The notes under the pieces were generated by a model. That model made no database searches. It saw only the letters and a program-made list of their open reading frames with translations, and was not told where the DNA came from. A stretch of DNA of 64,000 nucleotides, taken from the NCBI GenBank assembly GCA_043228905.1, contig JBHGNT010000022.1, forward strand, positions 3,906,001 through 3,970,000, written 5' to 3'. Each line of letters starts with the position of its first letter. Position 1 is the stretch's first letter. Source of the DNA: Azolla caroliniana. Lineage: Eukaryota; Plantae; Polypodiophyta. Made by a program: the position numbers and the translations under genes. Positions 14,801-27,490 of this stretch are shown here, one piece after another.

Positions 14801-17800
14801 GGCATCCCCAAAAGTAGCCAAATGACCTATAAGACCCAAAGTATAGCATCCATGAAATGATACATATCTTTCCGTCAAAGAAGATATAATGGCACTAATC
14901 CTTTGTTGCTTCTTTTTTCAGTCCAGAGAAAACTTACAAATATATAGCAATTAAACTGACCTCTTTCACCTCTAACCACATGTCTCTTGCAGAAAGCCTG
15001 TTTCCTTTTCCAGACAATGTGTATGAAGGACAAATGGACACAGAAACATCAGATGTTTCCAGCGCACCAATTGCAAAAGTAATTGGAGGATATTTATCTG
15101 CTGTCCTACATAGCATGTACAGAAGACTCACCAGTTTAGATGATATTGAAAGGAAATTTAAGAACTGATATCAATATGATGATTTTCAAGTTCAGTTACT
15201 TGTGATGAAGAAGTGCACCACGAACTCCATCATCTTTACTGAGACAAATAAAAAGATTTTCAACAGGCAATTATCAGCACTAGAAATTGGTTTAAATCAC
15301 CCATCAATCTTTGTACAAGGCCCCAATCTTACATGAAAGGAATATTCACATGCCCACCAGAAAATTCTGAGCTTCCACCAATAGAATTCTAGATTCAAGA
15401 TAAAAAAGCACAGTAAGTTCATAAATGCTCATACAAGACTTCATCTGCGGCTAATATTAAGCAGATGTGACCACTTACTGTCCAAGTAAAAAGCAGGCTC
15501 ACATTTGCTGCATCTTTACCGGTATTCACAAGCTGCATCAAGGACAAGAAAACATTAGCATACTCAAGGGCAATTTCAATTGTGATGATACATTGGAAAA
15601 AATCTTGTAGGAGAAGCAAGGGTTATATTGATTCATGCATTTTATTTTCTTGTCGTTGGGGCAGAACTGAAAAAATGATCATTTATCTGTATGCAATCCT
15701 TGATTTATCAACTAGAATGCCCAGTACGTCCCTGGCACACTGCTCATGAATTTGAAACCCATTGTGTACCTATGTCTGGATTTTGAACATGCTCTAAGTG
15801 CCTGTTGTATACTATGATTTTATCAACATTTCTCTTGAAGTCTCAAATAAAACTTTGGGATTATCTATCTTGCCTCACATATGGATCATGATAGAAGGCT
15901 GGCTTACTCCTTATCATCCGTGAAAGCAATGAGGGTTTGAGATTTCTTTATCTATTTCAAGATACCACCAAAAATGCTAAACATGAGTTGATGGAAATAA
16001 CATCAAAATACTGGTACACCGTGACAAACAAGATCATTAACCTAGTAATAGTTGATTTTCCAATCTCCCTAGAGTCTTGTAATGAGATCAGACATCAGTC
16101 AGTTGAAGGGAGTTGTAGCATACAAGTTGATTTACACTCGACACAGACCACAAACCTATACGCACCGAAACTTAGTGTCTACCGAGGAATTTCTTCATTT
16201 ACTCGAGAAGATTATAAATCTTAAGCTGAATTCAAACAAGTGAAAAATCAAAGACCCATGTGGATTCAGTAAGCACATACAGAAGAATGCTTGGTCTCAT
16301 CAGTTGAAATCTGTCTTTCAAAAAGCATAATCTCCAGGATCTCAGATTTCCCTTTGCATAATAATAGACTAAAGATCCAGATATCCTACTGCAGTCATCT
16401 TCTTCAAAATTGGAGAGTTGATCTATTGGGCTATGAAAATACGTATTGTAGCCATATGAGGGGGAAATGGGAGACAGGTGGATTTTCTGAGAGAAAGCTT
16501 CATGAGGTGCAATGATAGACAAAGCAAGTGCCTCAGTTGAGCACTGAATCTATATGCACCCGCTTTATAGAATATGGATATCGAATTGATGGTTTGTCAC
16601 TGATCCAAACTAGAAAGATGATCTGAGAAACAATAGAGGTACAATCCTTATACATCAAACATGCTATAAATACCTCGCTGTAAAAGAATGCAGATAACAT
16701 CCCATTACTCTTAACGAAACATGCTGAGTAAGGCCACCATCCTCTAACCAAGCACTGGGTTCCATGAACAATCCTCAGACTCTCATCAAATATCAGCCCT
16801 CTCACCAAATCTCAAGATCTCCCCTTTTGAGTAATGACGGATGTATACTCCCTATATATCAAAGATGCTCTAAATACCTCACAGTAAAAGGATGTAAATA
16901 ACATCCCATTACTCTTAAAGAAACGTGCTGAGTAACACCATTATCCTCTGACAAGCACTGGGTTCTATGAACAATCCGCAGACTCCCATCCAATATTACT
17001 CCTCCCACCAAATTCATCGGGCATCTACAAATGTATTTATAAATTATCCATGGAGCTTGTTATGGTGAAACACATCAAATGCAAACACTTGTGAAATTGA
17101 ACAATCCGCAGACTCCCATCAAATATTACTCCTCCCACCAAATTCATCAGGCATCTACAAATGTATTTATAAATTATCCATGGAGCTTGTTATGATGAAA
17201 CACATCAATTGCAAACACTTGTGAAATGAGCTGTAGTCTGATAGGCTATATTGGCCTTTAATAGATGTTATTACATCTTTCTTTCTTCCTAATGCAGAAA
17301 TGAATATAGTTATTTCTGCTTACAGTATACGCAAACACACATGAAGGCAGACTGCTCTCTCTATAATTTTGGGGGATAAAGGGAGAGATCTGTCTGCAGG
17401 AAATCCTTAAATCTGGATCTGGTTCACCTGCAGCGTTGTTGGCAGGTAAGTAATATTTTCTATCGAAACATTAAAAGATTCTCACTAAAATATAAAAGCC
17501 AAGTTACCATCATAGATGGTCCATGCCCGTGGGAACAATGCATGATATGAACAATGTTGACCGTTCAGATTCCAATCCCATGAGTCGATGCCGGCACTGT
17601 CCTTTTTCCTTAAATTAGAGAAATTTATCAGCACAAAAACAGATGATCAGCAATTTGTTCGACTAGTAATCTTTAAATTTCAGTTTTTCCTCTGATCTGT
17701 AGAGCCAGTTTTTCTACTTACTTTCTCTCACTGGGAGAGCCAGTTGATAGAACAGACGAATACTTCCTTCCATTCTCTCTAGATACAAAAACCTGAAAAA

Positions 17801-19600
17801 ATGAGTTCTATGCCTGTGAACTCTCGGGGCTCAAGACTAGCTAGCAAGATAATGTGGTTTTAGGCGAAAGCGTTCCTACAGAGGTGTAATTACTTAAAGA
17901 TTAACTCACAGAAAATTGATTTCCTTGCACAATCTCTTCCTCGGAACGACCAGGAATAAGTTGGAATTTGTGGAATTCCCCTCGGAAACCTCTGTTGATA
18001 CTCCCTCCTCTGAAGATTTCATAGGTATCATCATCATTATTCAGATCAATGCATTTAAGAAGTTTCAAACATTATTATTGAGCCAGCAAAGATACCCCAT
18101 TCCTCCGAGGGGTACACCATGTGAAGCAGCTGGTTTTGGCCCCTTTCGGAAAGGATCAATGGGAGCTTTCTGCATTCCGAGTAGAAGATAACTAGTATGA
18201 GAAGTCGCTAAAGATAAGATGTAAATTAAGCATTGCACCCACTTATATGCCTTCTTCCCACCCTTTATTCTCTTATTTTGTTAAGTTGAGAGGCATCAAA
18301 TGTGAACATTTGTGAATAAATGTTCGAGTCTCATAGGTTCATTTTATCCTTTTATAGTAGACATTATTACACATTGTCTTCAGAAACAAGCACCAGTGGA
18401 AACCAAACTCACCCTTCCCTGGGCTCGTTCAGATCGAACATATTGCCAAACTCGGAGTCCTAAGCCAATCTAGTAGAAATAAAAATATCAATCTTGTTAG
18501 GCTAAATCAAATCTACAAAGTATAAAATCAGCCTAAAATTCAGATTGTTTTAGGACATTATTAGCATACATACCATTCTGAAGGTCTCCATAAATGTGAG
18601 AGTAAATTCCTTCAAAAAATTCGCATGGGAATCCAATTTGCGTCGCCATGCAAAGGGTGGAGGACAACCTGCATCCCCCTCCAACTAGCAAAAGGTTCGA
18701 AGGTCGTGATATAATTCTCAGAGATATTACAACACAATCAAGGAACGTAGAAGAAACGGGACCAAAAGATTGTTAATGCACAAGAAAGTTGAAAGCTCAT
18801 TGTAATTGGGTATGATAACATTCTCAGAGGCATTCCAACACACGCAAAGAATGCAGAAGAAACTGAACCAAAGGTTTCGTTAGTACAAATGAAAAATGAG
18901 AGATCATTGTTATGTAGCAAGAAAATTTAGAAGAAACTGATATAAAAAAACTCATTATCATGAATGAGGACATCATGAAGAAATCACGGAATAGAAAAGA
19001 AGTTGAAGCTCAATAATATGTACCAAAGTGCACTAAAAAACGTCAACCATCATCAGGTACATTACAAACCAAACAGGGAATAACAGGAAAGAACTCGTGC
19101 AAAGGTTTGTTATGAGCACATTTACATCACAAAACAAGCAACCGATACAGAAGAAATATTGAATCTCTTTACTATGGAATAGGAAATTATAAAACATTTA
19201 ATGATACTACACGAGACACTGAAGCTCGTTACTACGAGCAACGAATACATGAGAAACTGAAGCGAACACAGCAAGCATAAAATACATTCAAAACTGAACA
19301 GTATGGAAACTGAAGCAAAATCGCGCTACTTTACATGAAAAGGGATTGCAACGCAAACGAACCGAAGCCAGAGTTCATTACTCTATATTTATATGCAGAA
19401 ATCGCACAGCAAGCCAATGAATGCATAGAAAAAAAACTGAAGCAAGAAGTAATGGAACTTACTGCTTGCAGAGTTGCCTTGTTAACATAACTGTGGACGG
19501 GCCATGTTGGTTTTCTTTCATGAAAAATGATTTCTTGGATTCTATCCATAGCCAAGGATGGTAATTCCTTCCCTTCGTTTGTGCGGGAGAAAAGCTTCAT
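8803..19600 (-). CDS. GBA2: Non-lysosomal glucosylceramidase (glycoside hydrolase family 116), 18 coding exons, 1006 aa
   Basis: Exons (minus): 19600-19463, 18684-18574, 18469-18413, 18169-18096, 18009-17910, 17792-17722, 17608-17508, 17427-17324, 15532-15479, 15388-15333, 15238-15200, 15105-14961, 14761-14577, 14006-13939, 11319-11247, 11160-11099, 11018-9734, 9100-8803. They sum to 3021 nt with consistent phases. GH116 motifs: [48 protein letters not shown] (nucleophile region), [18 protein letters not shown] (acid/base region), [17 protein letters not shown]. Confidence 0.96.
12049..12520. repeat. Degenerate ~175-bp tandem triplication in a GBA2 intron
   Basis: The motif cag(g/a)tttcca..ctggaaaca...aaagaaaaaga...atatagataaa recurs near 12053, 12231 and 12403; the third copy is internally shortened. 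Confidence 0.75.
12780..13330 (-). mobile_element. Possible ancient LINE (L1-like ORF2) remnant in a GBA2 intron
   Basis: Minus-strand translation [18 protein letters not shown] followed by IFLWR resembles the post-RT LS..GR..L..SVL..LP...FLW motif of plant L1 elements. Heavily decayed. Confidence 0.3.
13418..13541. repeat. 62-bp tandem duplication in a GBA2 intron
   Basis: cagatgaaaaaataat...ttgattggaaac.tcacttctttcaaaccatattttcatg occurs twice. Confidence 0.85.
16660..17228. repeat. Overlapping intronic duplications (older ~150-bp pair and recent ~130-bp tandem pair)
   Basis: 16660-16810 resembles 16866-17013; 16971-17100 is nearly identical to 17101-17228. Confidence 0.85.
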
Positions 19601-20146
19601 CCACAGTCAATCTCTCAGTTGACTGAGAGAATCACTGTATGGAAGCATTCTTTCTGATCAGCTGTTGATCAATCTTTCTATCCTTCGAAAACAATGTATA
19701 CCTGTATATCATACCAAGAGACCGCCACCACAGTTGAAGCTACAAAAGATTTTGTCCAATCCTTCTCCTAGAAACAGTATAGTTTTGCAAATCAATACTA
19801 AGAATCTCCATTGAAGCTACAGCATTCTAGTGATCTTATTGATCGATGGAGAAGGGGAAAAAAATCATAGATCAGATTGGTGAAACCTAAAGACATTTAA
19901 ATTCCACGAGAATATAAAATAACAGAATATTATACCGGCCGTGGATTCTGGAGAGAAATAGAAGATCCTAAAAGAATGCAGCTGAAGATCTGATGAGAGA
20001 AGAACAAAAAAAGGAGAGGGGAGATATGATATGATATGAAGGCTTCGCAAAAAAGAGGCAGCCGAGTCAGAAACAACAGAAGATCGCCATGGATACTGTG
20101 AAGAGGGAAGAAAGGAACCCTAAGAACGGCAGGGTTTCAAGATGGC

Positions 20147-20368
20147 TCGTCTGTCTGTCTGTCTGTCTGTCTGTCTTTGCTTTCTTTCCTTCCTCCTCCG
20201 AGTGATCATCACCAAAGAAGAGGAGGCGAAGAGGAGGTTCGTTGTGTCTGTCTGGCCTGGTCTGGTCTGTCAGCTATGGCTATGGCTATGGCAATGGCTA
20301 TGGCTATGGCGGAAAGTGTAAAAGAGATGTGCGGAATCTTGCATCGTCACCGTCCATCGATCCACCGA

Positions 20369-20399
<31 letters not shown>

Positions 20400-20540
20400 C
20401 CAGAAGAAGAAGAAGAAAAGAGAAGGGAGGTGCAAAGGGGGGGAGGAGAGCCATGGCCCCCACACAAGCACAGGCACAGGCTGCAGAGACAAAAAAAAAA
20501 AAAAGGACATAGCCACTCGTGAGAGAGAGAGAGAGACTCA
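20147..20540. promoter_or_regulatory. Microsatellite-rich probable 5' UTR / promoter region of GBA2
   Basis: (GTCT)n, (GCTATG)n, (CAT)n, (GAA)n and (GA)n tracts lie 0.5-0.9 kb upstream of the ATG. GA/TC tracts are typical of plant promoters and 5' UTRs. TSS not determinable. Confidence 0.45.
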
Positions 20541-20548
20541 CTGCCGGT

Positions 20549-20991
20549 AACAATCGGCCACGGTTCGGTTTGAACCGAGCCGAACCTCTAAACCGCGGCT
20601 ATGTTCCCGTTCGGTTCAGGTTCGGTTTTTCTTAACGGTTTCGGTTCGGTTTCAAGAGTTAGAAACCGCAGTTTAAACGGTTTTAACAGTTTTTTTTAAT
20701 TTTAAAACAAAATTTTTTAAAATTACAAATAAATGTTTTTAAACAATCTTTTCATTTTCACGCCTTATTCTCACATTTTAGGAAAATCTTTAAATTTTGG
20801 AAATTTTAAATAATGAAATATTTTAAATACTAAAAATTTTAAATTTTGACCTACGCTGAAAACCGAAACCAAACCACAAAACCACGGTTTTACCAGTTTG
20901 AATTTTTTTTAATGGTTCGGTTCAGGTTTCAAAAATTTTAAACGGTTCGGTTTTGACCCTCTCGAACCGAACTGAACTGTTGCCTATTGTT
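20549..20991. mobile_element. MITE-like non-autonomous DNA element with AACCG subterminal repeats
   Basis: Imperfect ~22-bp TIR: aacaatcggccacggttcggtt versus the reverse complement of the right end, aacaataggcaacagttcagtt. Many ggttc/aaccg motifs at both ends around an AT-rich core. No clear TSD. Confidence 0.65.
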
Positions 20992-21031
20992 GAGAGAGAA
21001 AGAAAGAAAGAAAGATATATTAACGTCTTCT

Positions 21032-21074
<43 letters not shown>

Positions 21075-23472
21075 CATGTATGTTATGTTATGTATGTATA
21101 GCCTCATCCCTACCGTTGTTCTTCCACCGTTGACAATCGATCAAATACGCTCTTGTGTCAGACACACTCTCATCACTGCACTTTGCTCACCACGAATACA
21201 AAGATTTGCTTGCAGAGCTTTCCGGACCGCCTTTTGCTCTTGGGGAAATTGCTTTGATCTAATGACCACCCGAAACTAGTGTTGGCGAGGTTTCTCGTTT
21301 CATGAGTTGTAGATCCTCGTGGGTGGGGATACCATTTACAGTGCTCTTTTTGTTTTTTCATCGCAACGTCACACCCTACCATTTATTCGGCATTGGGCTC
21401 TGCATGCATGCATTGCCCAAGAAAGACGTCGACCAATCAAACGGTGTGCATTCTGCAATATTTCTCATTCAACAATCTACAAAAATGGAGTAGGCTCAAC
21501 TTCTAGTTTATCGTGAAGGTACATATGAACATAGGATCGTTGGTTACCTAACTAGGCTTATTGTTAGGCTTTGGCTACATGTCACAATTAGAAAGATGTG
21601 TATCAACAAATTGATGATTGTGATTGAGATTTTGCATTCAATAGAATTGATTTTTGGGTGGAACATGTGTGGATTCTAGTTTAGAAAACAATACATCTCT
21701 TGGCGAAGTATAAACAGCTACACATTTGTGTCACGCTTCAAATGTGCATCAATCAAATAGATATTTTCTAGTTAAATGAAGGAATGCACAGAAGTAAAGG
21801 TACATGTGATTGCCAATTAATCTTACATCAACAAACCTTTAGAGTATGTGAAACCATACTCATACCATAGTAAAGTGAGTTAATTAACCTAACACATCAT
21901 TTCCATTTCACGAGGTTCTACCATAAAGTTTACAATGATCCCACGTCAAATTCGTTCTAAAGAGTAAAGGATCAACCACAACCAATCAAACCATATACCA
22001 TCTTGATCCCATAATAGCTCACAAAAGTTAACGAAATTGTCATATTGCATCAAGCTTTGTAATCAACCATTAGCAAAAAATATCCAATTTGTGAATTAAA
22101 CAAAAAGAAACGGCAAAAAAGAGAGGTTACTCGATTGAATGATGAATAGGCATCAAGTCAGGGGGTGGCCCTAAACTATGACAACCCCAAAGGGGAAAAT
22201 GGTAGACGGTAGGACATACGTACATCAACATGTACATCTATTGGTTTTCAATTATCACAACACGTATGTTAATGGAATGAAAAGTTGAAATTATGCATGA
22301 AACTAGGAAGGCAATGCTACACTTTCCACCCCTTTTTTGTTTTAGAGAGCTTCTAAAGCCGTATTTTTAGGATAGTTGACCCTAATTATCCTTGATGTGT
22401 GAATCTAAAGAGCATATTTGTGTTATGCAGTAGACATGTTAAGGAAATGCTAAACAATTTTGTCAACAAGATTGTGTGATGGTTAATTATTTGATTGTTG
22501 ATACACGATTCAATGACATTTTGTTTGGTTAATAAATGAATAGCATGGGATCAAAGTTTTAATAAACAATGGTTGGTCTATGCCACTAGTAAACAAGAGA
22601 ATTTGAGAAATGAGAAAACATTTAATGCATTGAGCAACGAGCATAATTTTATAATTTCGATCCATTGACTTTGTATCACCACGTGAGTTCATAATTTGAG
22701 ACGAGGTATTCTTTAAATATAACCAACTTAGCCACCATGTTCTCTAAAGTCAAAAGGTTGGGATTAATTAATTGCGCGCAATGTTATAACAATAATTATG
22801 AATGAGTTAGCCCATGCACGTTTTCCACTATGGCTAATTCTTGGCTTGATGCATTGATAATCTAGAACCGTATGACTCTGTTCATATAATATAGTAATCC
22901 ATTGACTTGCGCTTGCCAATGTACCAACATAACCAATTGTAATGAAATTGGCAAGTAACTTGAATAACTCATCAATTTAAGAGGTCATTAAATATCACAC
23001 TTTCATGTCAATTCAATGAAAGAAATTGAAATGTTTGAGAGTTGGTTGCTCCATCCTCGAGGTACATAGCACTCATCAAATTGAGTTGGTAGCTAACAAT
23101 TTTTTATATTTGATTCATGCATCAACAAATTTTATTGGTAGAATGCATGATATATATGTTGGATAATGTTCATGGGCCCCAATCATATGTAACATCCTAA
23201 TTTAATAACTACACATGGTTATAGTATGACATGTTGTTTATGCTCTTGTCTTAATTAGCAATGTGACAAGCAATGTTTTATTACATATAGGACTAGTAGC
23301 ATGTGTTATGGCAAACAAATGCGCCTACTACATGGCCTAAATCTGGCCTTCTCATTGACTTGTAATCAATGTTACAAATTACACAAAGCCACCCATATAT
23401 GAGCTTTTGTCCCCTAATTAATCATACATGTAAGCATTGTTTTATGGCAAACATGCTTTACAGTAACATGGT

Positions 23473-24782
23473 TGTTGTTTCTTAATACACACACTTATAA
23501 ACGAGAAAAAAATAATCTTGAATAGACAACTTAGAAATGACGTTTTATAGTTGATGTAGTCATGAAGGGTATTATACATATTGTCAAGCAATCAAATAGA
23601 GGCATTACCAAAGAAAGTGGGATGATGATTCACATATGTGTATTTGATCATCCATTCTCAATTAGAAATGCAGAACATCCCATTACACACAAACAAATCC
23701 ATTGATGTGCCACAAAAGAAGAATAAAGTTCCCAAAAATTGATTGGCAATAAAATGGAACCGGTTGGTAATGGAACCGGAATCGGTCGGTAAGTAAACGA
23801 GAACTTGCCGGTAATCAAAATGGAACCGGCCGGTAAGTGATCTGGAATCGGCCGGTAAGTGATCTGGAATCGGCCGGTAAGCAAATTAGAACCGTCCGGT
23901 AAGCAAATCGGAACTGGCCGGAAAGCAAACCAAAACCGGCCGGAAAGCAAACCGGAACCAACCGGTAAGAAATCCGGAACCAGTTGGTAAGCAAACTGGA
24001 ACTGGTCGGTAAGCAATCCGGAACCGACTTGTAAGCAAATCGGAACCGACAAAATCGGCAATCGGATGGTGTCGGAAACCCGGCGGATCCGACAACCGGT
24101 GACGATCGAGACGGACAGATGATAGGATCATGTGGCTAATTAAAGTAAAGTAAAGTAAAGTAAAGTAAAGTAAAGGTCATGTGGACGGTTGCATGCAACT
24201 AAAAGAAAAAGCCATGCAACTAAAAATGGATGCAACTAAAAGTAGAGGCCATGCAACTAAAAGTGGACATGCAAAGTAACATTGAAGGCAATGATCAACG
24301 GAGAACTCCATATAAAATTCCATTTTTTTTCCTACACTCATCCTCTCTCCATATTTTTTATTTATTTATCCTTCTTAGCTCTCTTATCTTATCGAAGCCA
24401 TATCTCTCATAAACCCTAATTTCCTTATGGAAACCAAAAACCCTAATTTTCCCTATGGAAGCCAAAAACCCTAATTTTCCATACGGAAGCTATTGAACTC
24501 ATAAACCATAATCTCTTATCAAAGCCAAAAAACCCTAAATTTCTATTAAATCCATATTTAGTTTATTCTAATCTATTATTCTAGTAATCTCCATAAGCTA
24601 AACTTTTGTAATCCCAATCTTGGGATTGATTGTAATCTTTCTTTCTATTTGTTAATGAAATTTGTCAATCTTTCTTATTTTGGTTAATTCTTAGTACATA
24701 AACACACAAATTTGATATTCTCTGGTCGGAGGTCCCGGGGTCCTACCTCAAGTTCACGTATCCTCGTCGTATTTTCGCGACA
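23473..24782 (+). repeat. 5' LTR (A1) of the tRNA-Trp-primed gypsy family; start position approximate
   Basis: Ends ...attttcgcgaCA, followed by a PBS. 23727-~23910 and 24440-24782 match 37931-38484. Contains a ~22-bp aagcaaatcggaaccggccggt array (23750-24070), (TAAAG)n, atgcaactaaaa repeats and AAACCCTA telo-boxes. Confidence 0.8.
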
Positions 24783-24786
24783 TCTT

Positions 24787-24804
24787 TGGTGAACCCGACG
24801 TGAA
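24787..24804 (+). promoter_or_regulatory. Primer-binding site complementary to the tRNA-Trp(CCA) 3' end
   Basis: TGGTGAACCCGACGTGAA is the reverse complement of ...TTCACGTCGGGTTCACCA, the plant cytosolic tRNA-Trp 3' end as I recall it. It sits 4 nt after the LTR. Confidence 0.85.
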
Positions 24805-24835
24805 GGGAGGTGGCAAGAGGATATCAAGTGCGACG

Positions 24836-25290
24836 ATGGCTTCGACAAGTGGAACTCAAGGAGAGGAATTAATGAAAGGCATGGTGTCCGTTGTGGAATA
24901 CATGCTGAAAGCGAGAGATCGAGAGGCTTTAATCGACAAAGATGTTGATCGAATGGTGGAGATATCTGGACGATTTGGTGGCAAGAATATCACAGATTTC
25001 CTTGCTACCTATCGGAACGAGATGCAACAGAGGGATTTCCATGATTTGAAACAAATTTCTGGTTTCAAGCGTATGGTGGAACCAGGAATCCGCGAGCGTG
25101 TCATAGAGATCCAAAATGAACACGCAACTTGGGCGGAGTTCGAGAAGGTGCTTCTTGCTGAATACATGCTTGAAGACGCATCACGGATGACTCGACATAC
25201 ACTAATGATTTGGATCGAGAAGAAAGGAAAGAATCTATGTGCATCGGGAGTATATGCGGAATTCGACTAGAAGTACAACCAACTTCCGAT
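24836..25290 (+). pseudogene. Truncated gag of element A1
   Basis: ATG 32 nt after the PBS. GRFGGKNITDFLATYRNEM...WAEFEKVL aligns with the N-terminus of the element G ORF (GQFNGNDVSCYLRDYKAEM...WGSFEEAL). Cut off by element B. Confidence 0.8.
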
Positions 25291-27490
25291 TCAGCCATGC
25301 TCGGAGGATGCACTGAATCCGGCCCGTTCCCAATTGCGATTTGATCTCCGCCGCTTGCCGTTCCTCCTTCAATTGCTTGATGATTTTGACGTTGTCTTCC
25401 GCCTGTTCCTTGTAATGCGTCAATTGCCTTTGATATGTGCTTTGTAATTTTTGCAATACCGTTGACGCTCTCTCCTTTTCTTCCTGCTACTGCCTCTGGA
25501 GCTCCATTCGGACCTTCTCCGCCTATTCCAACCGTCTTGTATTTTCCGCTCGTTCGTCGGCAAGCGCTGTCGCCGCCTAATCAACTTCCTACTGGAGCTC
25601 GGCCACCCGTTCCTTATGCTCCGTTTCCAGCCGTTTGTAGTCCCGGTGCAGGTGCTCAAAATCATCTGTCTTTTGCTTGAGTCGTGCGTTGATCTGTCGA
25701 CGGGCCCGGTCCTCGCGGTCCTTCTACTGGCAGAGCTCTTCCTTTAGCCGTTCAATTTCCATTTCTGCCGTCTTCTGCAGCTTGTCCTTTTCCTGCAGCA
25801 CTTTGTCTTTTTCCTCCCTTAGCCGGTCGTACACTTGATGGCCTTTCCGGAGGCTCTCCTCTGCCCGACGGAGGTTCTCAGCAGTCTTCTGTAATTCTGC
25901 TTCGGCCGCTGTTTTCAATTCTTGTTCCCGGCTCCTTAGCGCTTCTTGTGCGGCAAGTTCATCTCTCAATTCCGCAAGCTCATGGGCTTGCGCCGCATCT
26001 CTCTCTGGAACGGTTTCTGTTGCCGGCGTCTTATTAGTATGTACAGGTTGGTCTGGTTCTTTATTCTGCACACTTACCGGAGTCACCGATGATTGGATCT
26101 GTGTTGCCGTTAAGGCCATTTTGGCCATTTCTGCCGTGACTTGATCCAAGTCTTTTTCAAGGCACCGGATTCTGGACCGGGCCGTCTCTAGTTGTTCGGT
26201 TGTGACGAGCAACCGTTCGTTGTGCGCTCTTTCTTCCGCCTCAATATACCCCACTGCTCCGGCAATTTGTTCGACTATCCATCGGAGCCACAAGCTACCG
26301 GTGCATTGTTGTTGCGCTTGCACGGAGGTTTGACGGATGGGCTTGCTTGTAGATGGGTGGTCCCGCCTGATTGCGCCGAGTTGCAATTCCGTTTCTGCCC
26401 GTGGACCACCCTGCTGTCCTGGTTGCCCTTGCGCTTCTTCTTGGTTGGCCGAGGGAGGCTGTATTGACCTTTCCGGCTCTGGCGGAATGGGACTTGCCGG
26501 TGCTGTCGGTGGTGCAGGGGCTTCTGATTCCGGTGCCATGCGCACCGGTTCCGGTTCCTCCCTTGGTGTGGGAGTCTCAATATGGGGAGCCGGTGTTCCC
26601 TCCGTCTGAGGGTCCAAACGTTTCCCGGCTGCCTCAACGGTCCTTGCCGACGACCGTCGCTGGAGGTGCTCCGTAGGCTCCTCCTCTATTTCCTCTTCCT
26701 GAGTCCCGACATTGAGTTTTCCCGCCAAGGGATCTGCTTCTCTATTCACCGGTTGGCGGAGTGTAACCTTTACGGGCCGTACCGGTGGTTCCTCCTGCGC
26801 ATCCGTTGGCCGCTTCCGGCTGGCGCTCTCCTTTCCCGCCTGTTCTGCGTCCGCCGCCTTCCCCTTAGTGGCCTTAGAGGCCAACAACTGTTGTCTTTTG
26901 GAAGCAGTCTTTGGGGTGCCGTCCGCCACTCTTCCCTGCTTCTTGGGCTGGACGGGTGGCACAAGCAAGGTGAGCCACTACGTTACTGCGTGCCATATCC
27001 TCCGTCCTTCTCGGCCTTCTTTGCCGTCTTTTCCTCTGACGATCTCGATCGCCGCACACAAACCGTCTGCGATCAATACCGGCCAATCCACCTTGATCCC
27101 TTCATAGGTGGCGATGATCATCCCTGCCCGGTTCTGCGGCATGACAGGGGGTCTAGGGTACACATGGCCGTATTCGTGGAGCACACGGGCAATCTCGCGG
27201 AACAACATATCTCTACCGCCCTGTGTCCGATAGCCCTTGTTGGCTAGGGAGTACTCACCAAAATACTTGATGAGTTGCTCCGAGGTCGGATTGTCGATCG
27301 TGAATATGCCTCCCTCCGGAAGGCCTGTTAACGCATGGATCACCTCATCCGTTATGACCTCTGTGTCGACTTCTTTGATCACCTTGTCGGCTTCTTTGTG
27401 TGGCGGTACCTCCATAATCGTCAAGAAGCCCTTGAGCCCGTGTTGCTTTAGCCATTTCTTGGCGGCTTCCGATAACGTTTGCGGGTCCAT
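25290..27490 (-). pseudogene. Extra 3' ORF of element B (PMD-like N-terminus, disordered linker, coiled coil)
   Basis: Track ORFs 27490-26978, 26968-25724 and 25456-25235 share one frame, separated by premature stops. Homologous to the extra ORF of element C. Confidence 0.75.

Noticed and set aside
16660-17013. Duplicated intronic C/D snoRNA (TGATGA...CTGA on the minus strand near 16775-16790)
   Set aside because: The boxes are only 4 nt apart and are not conserved in the second copy; no terminal stem.
20177-20553. ORFs with poly-His, poly-Ile, poly-Asp, poly-Met and (AM)n runs
   Set aside because: They are translations of CAT, GAA and GCTATG microsatellites in several frames, with no domain signal.
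21100-23470. Possible gene or Helitron in the AT-rich intergenic stretch
   Set aside because: Only short ORFs; I recognised no domain, termini or TSD.
23648-24131. Repetitive ORFs (137 aa and 81 aa) on the minus strand
   Set aside because: Artefacts of the ~22-bp tandem array within LTR A1.
24410-24540. AAACCCTA motifs as interstitial telomere
   Set aside because: Isolated telo-box copies within an LTR, not a tandem telomeric array.
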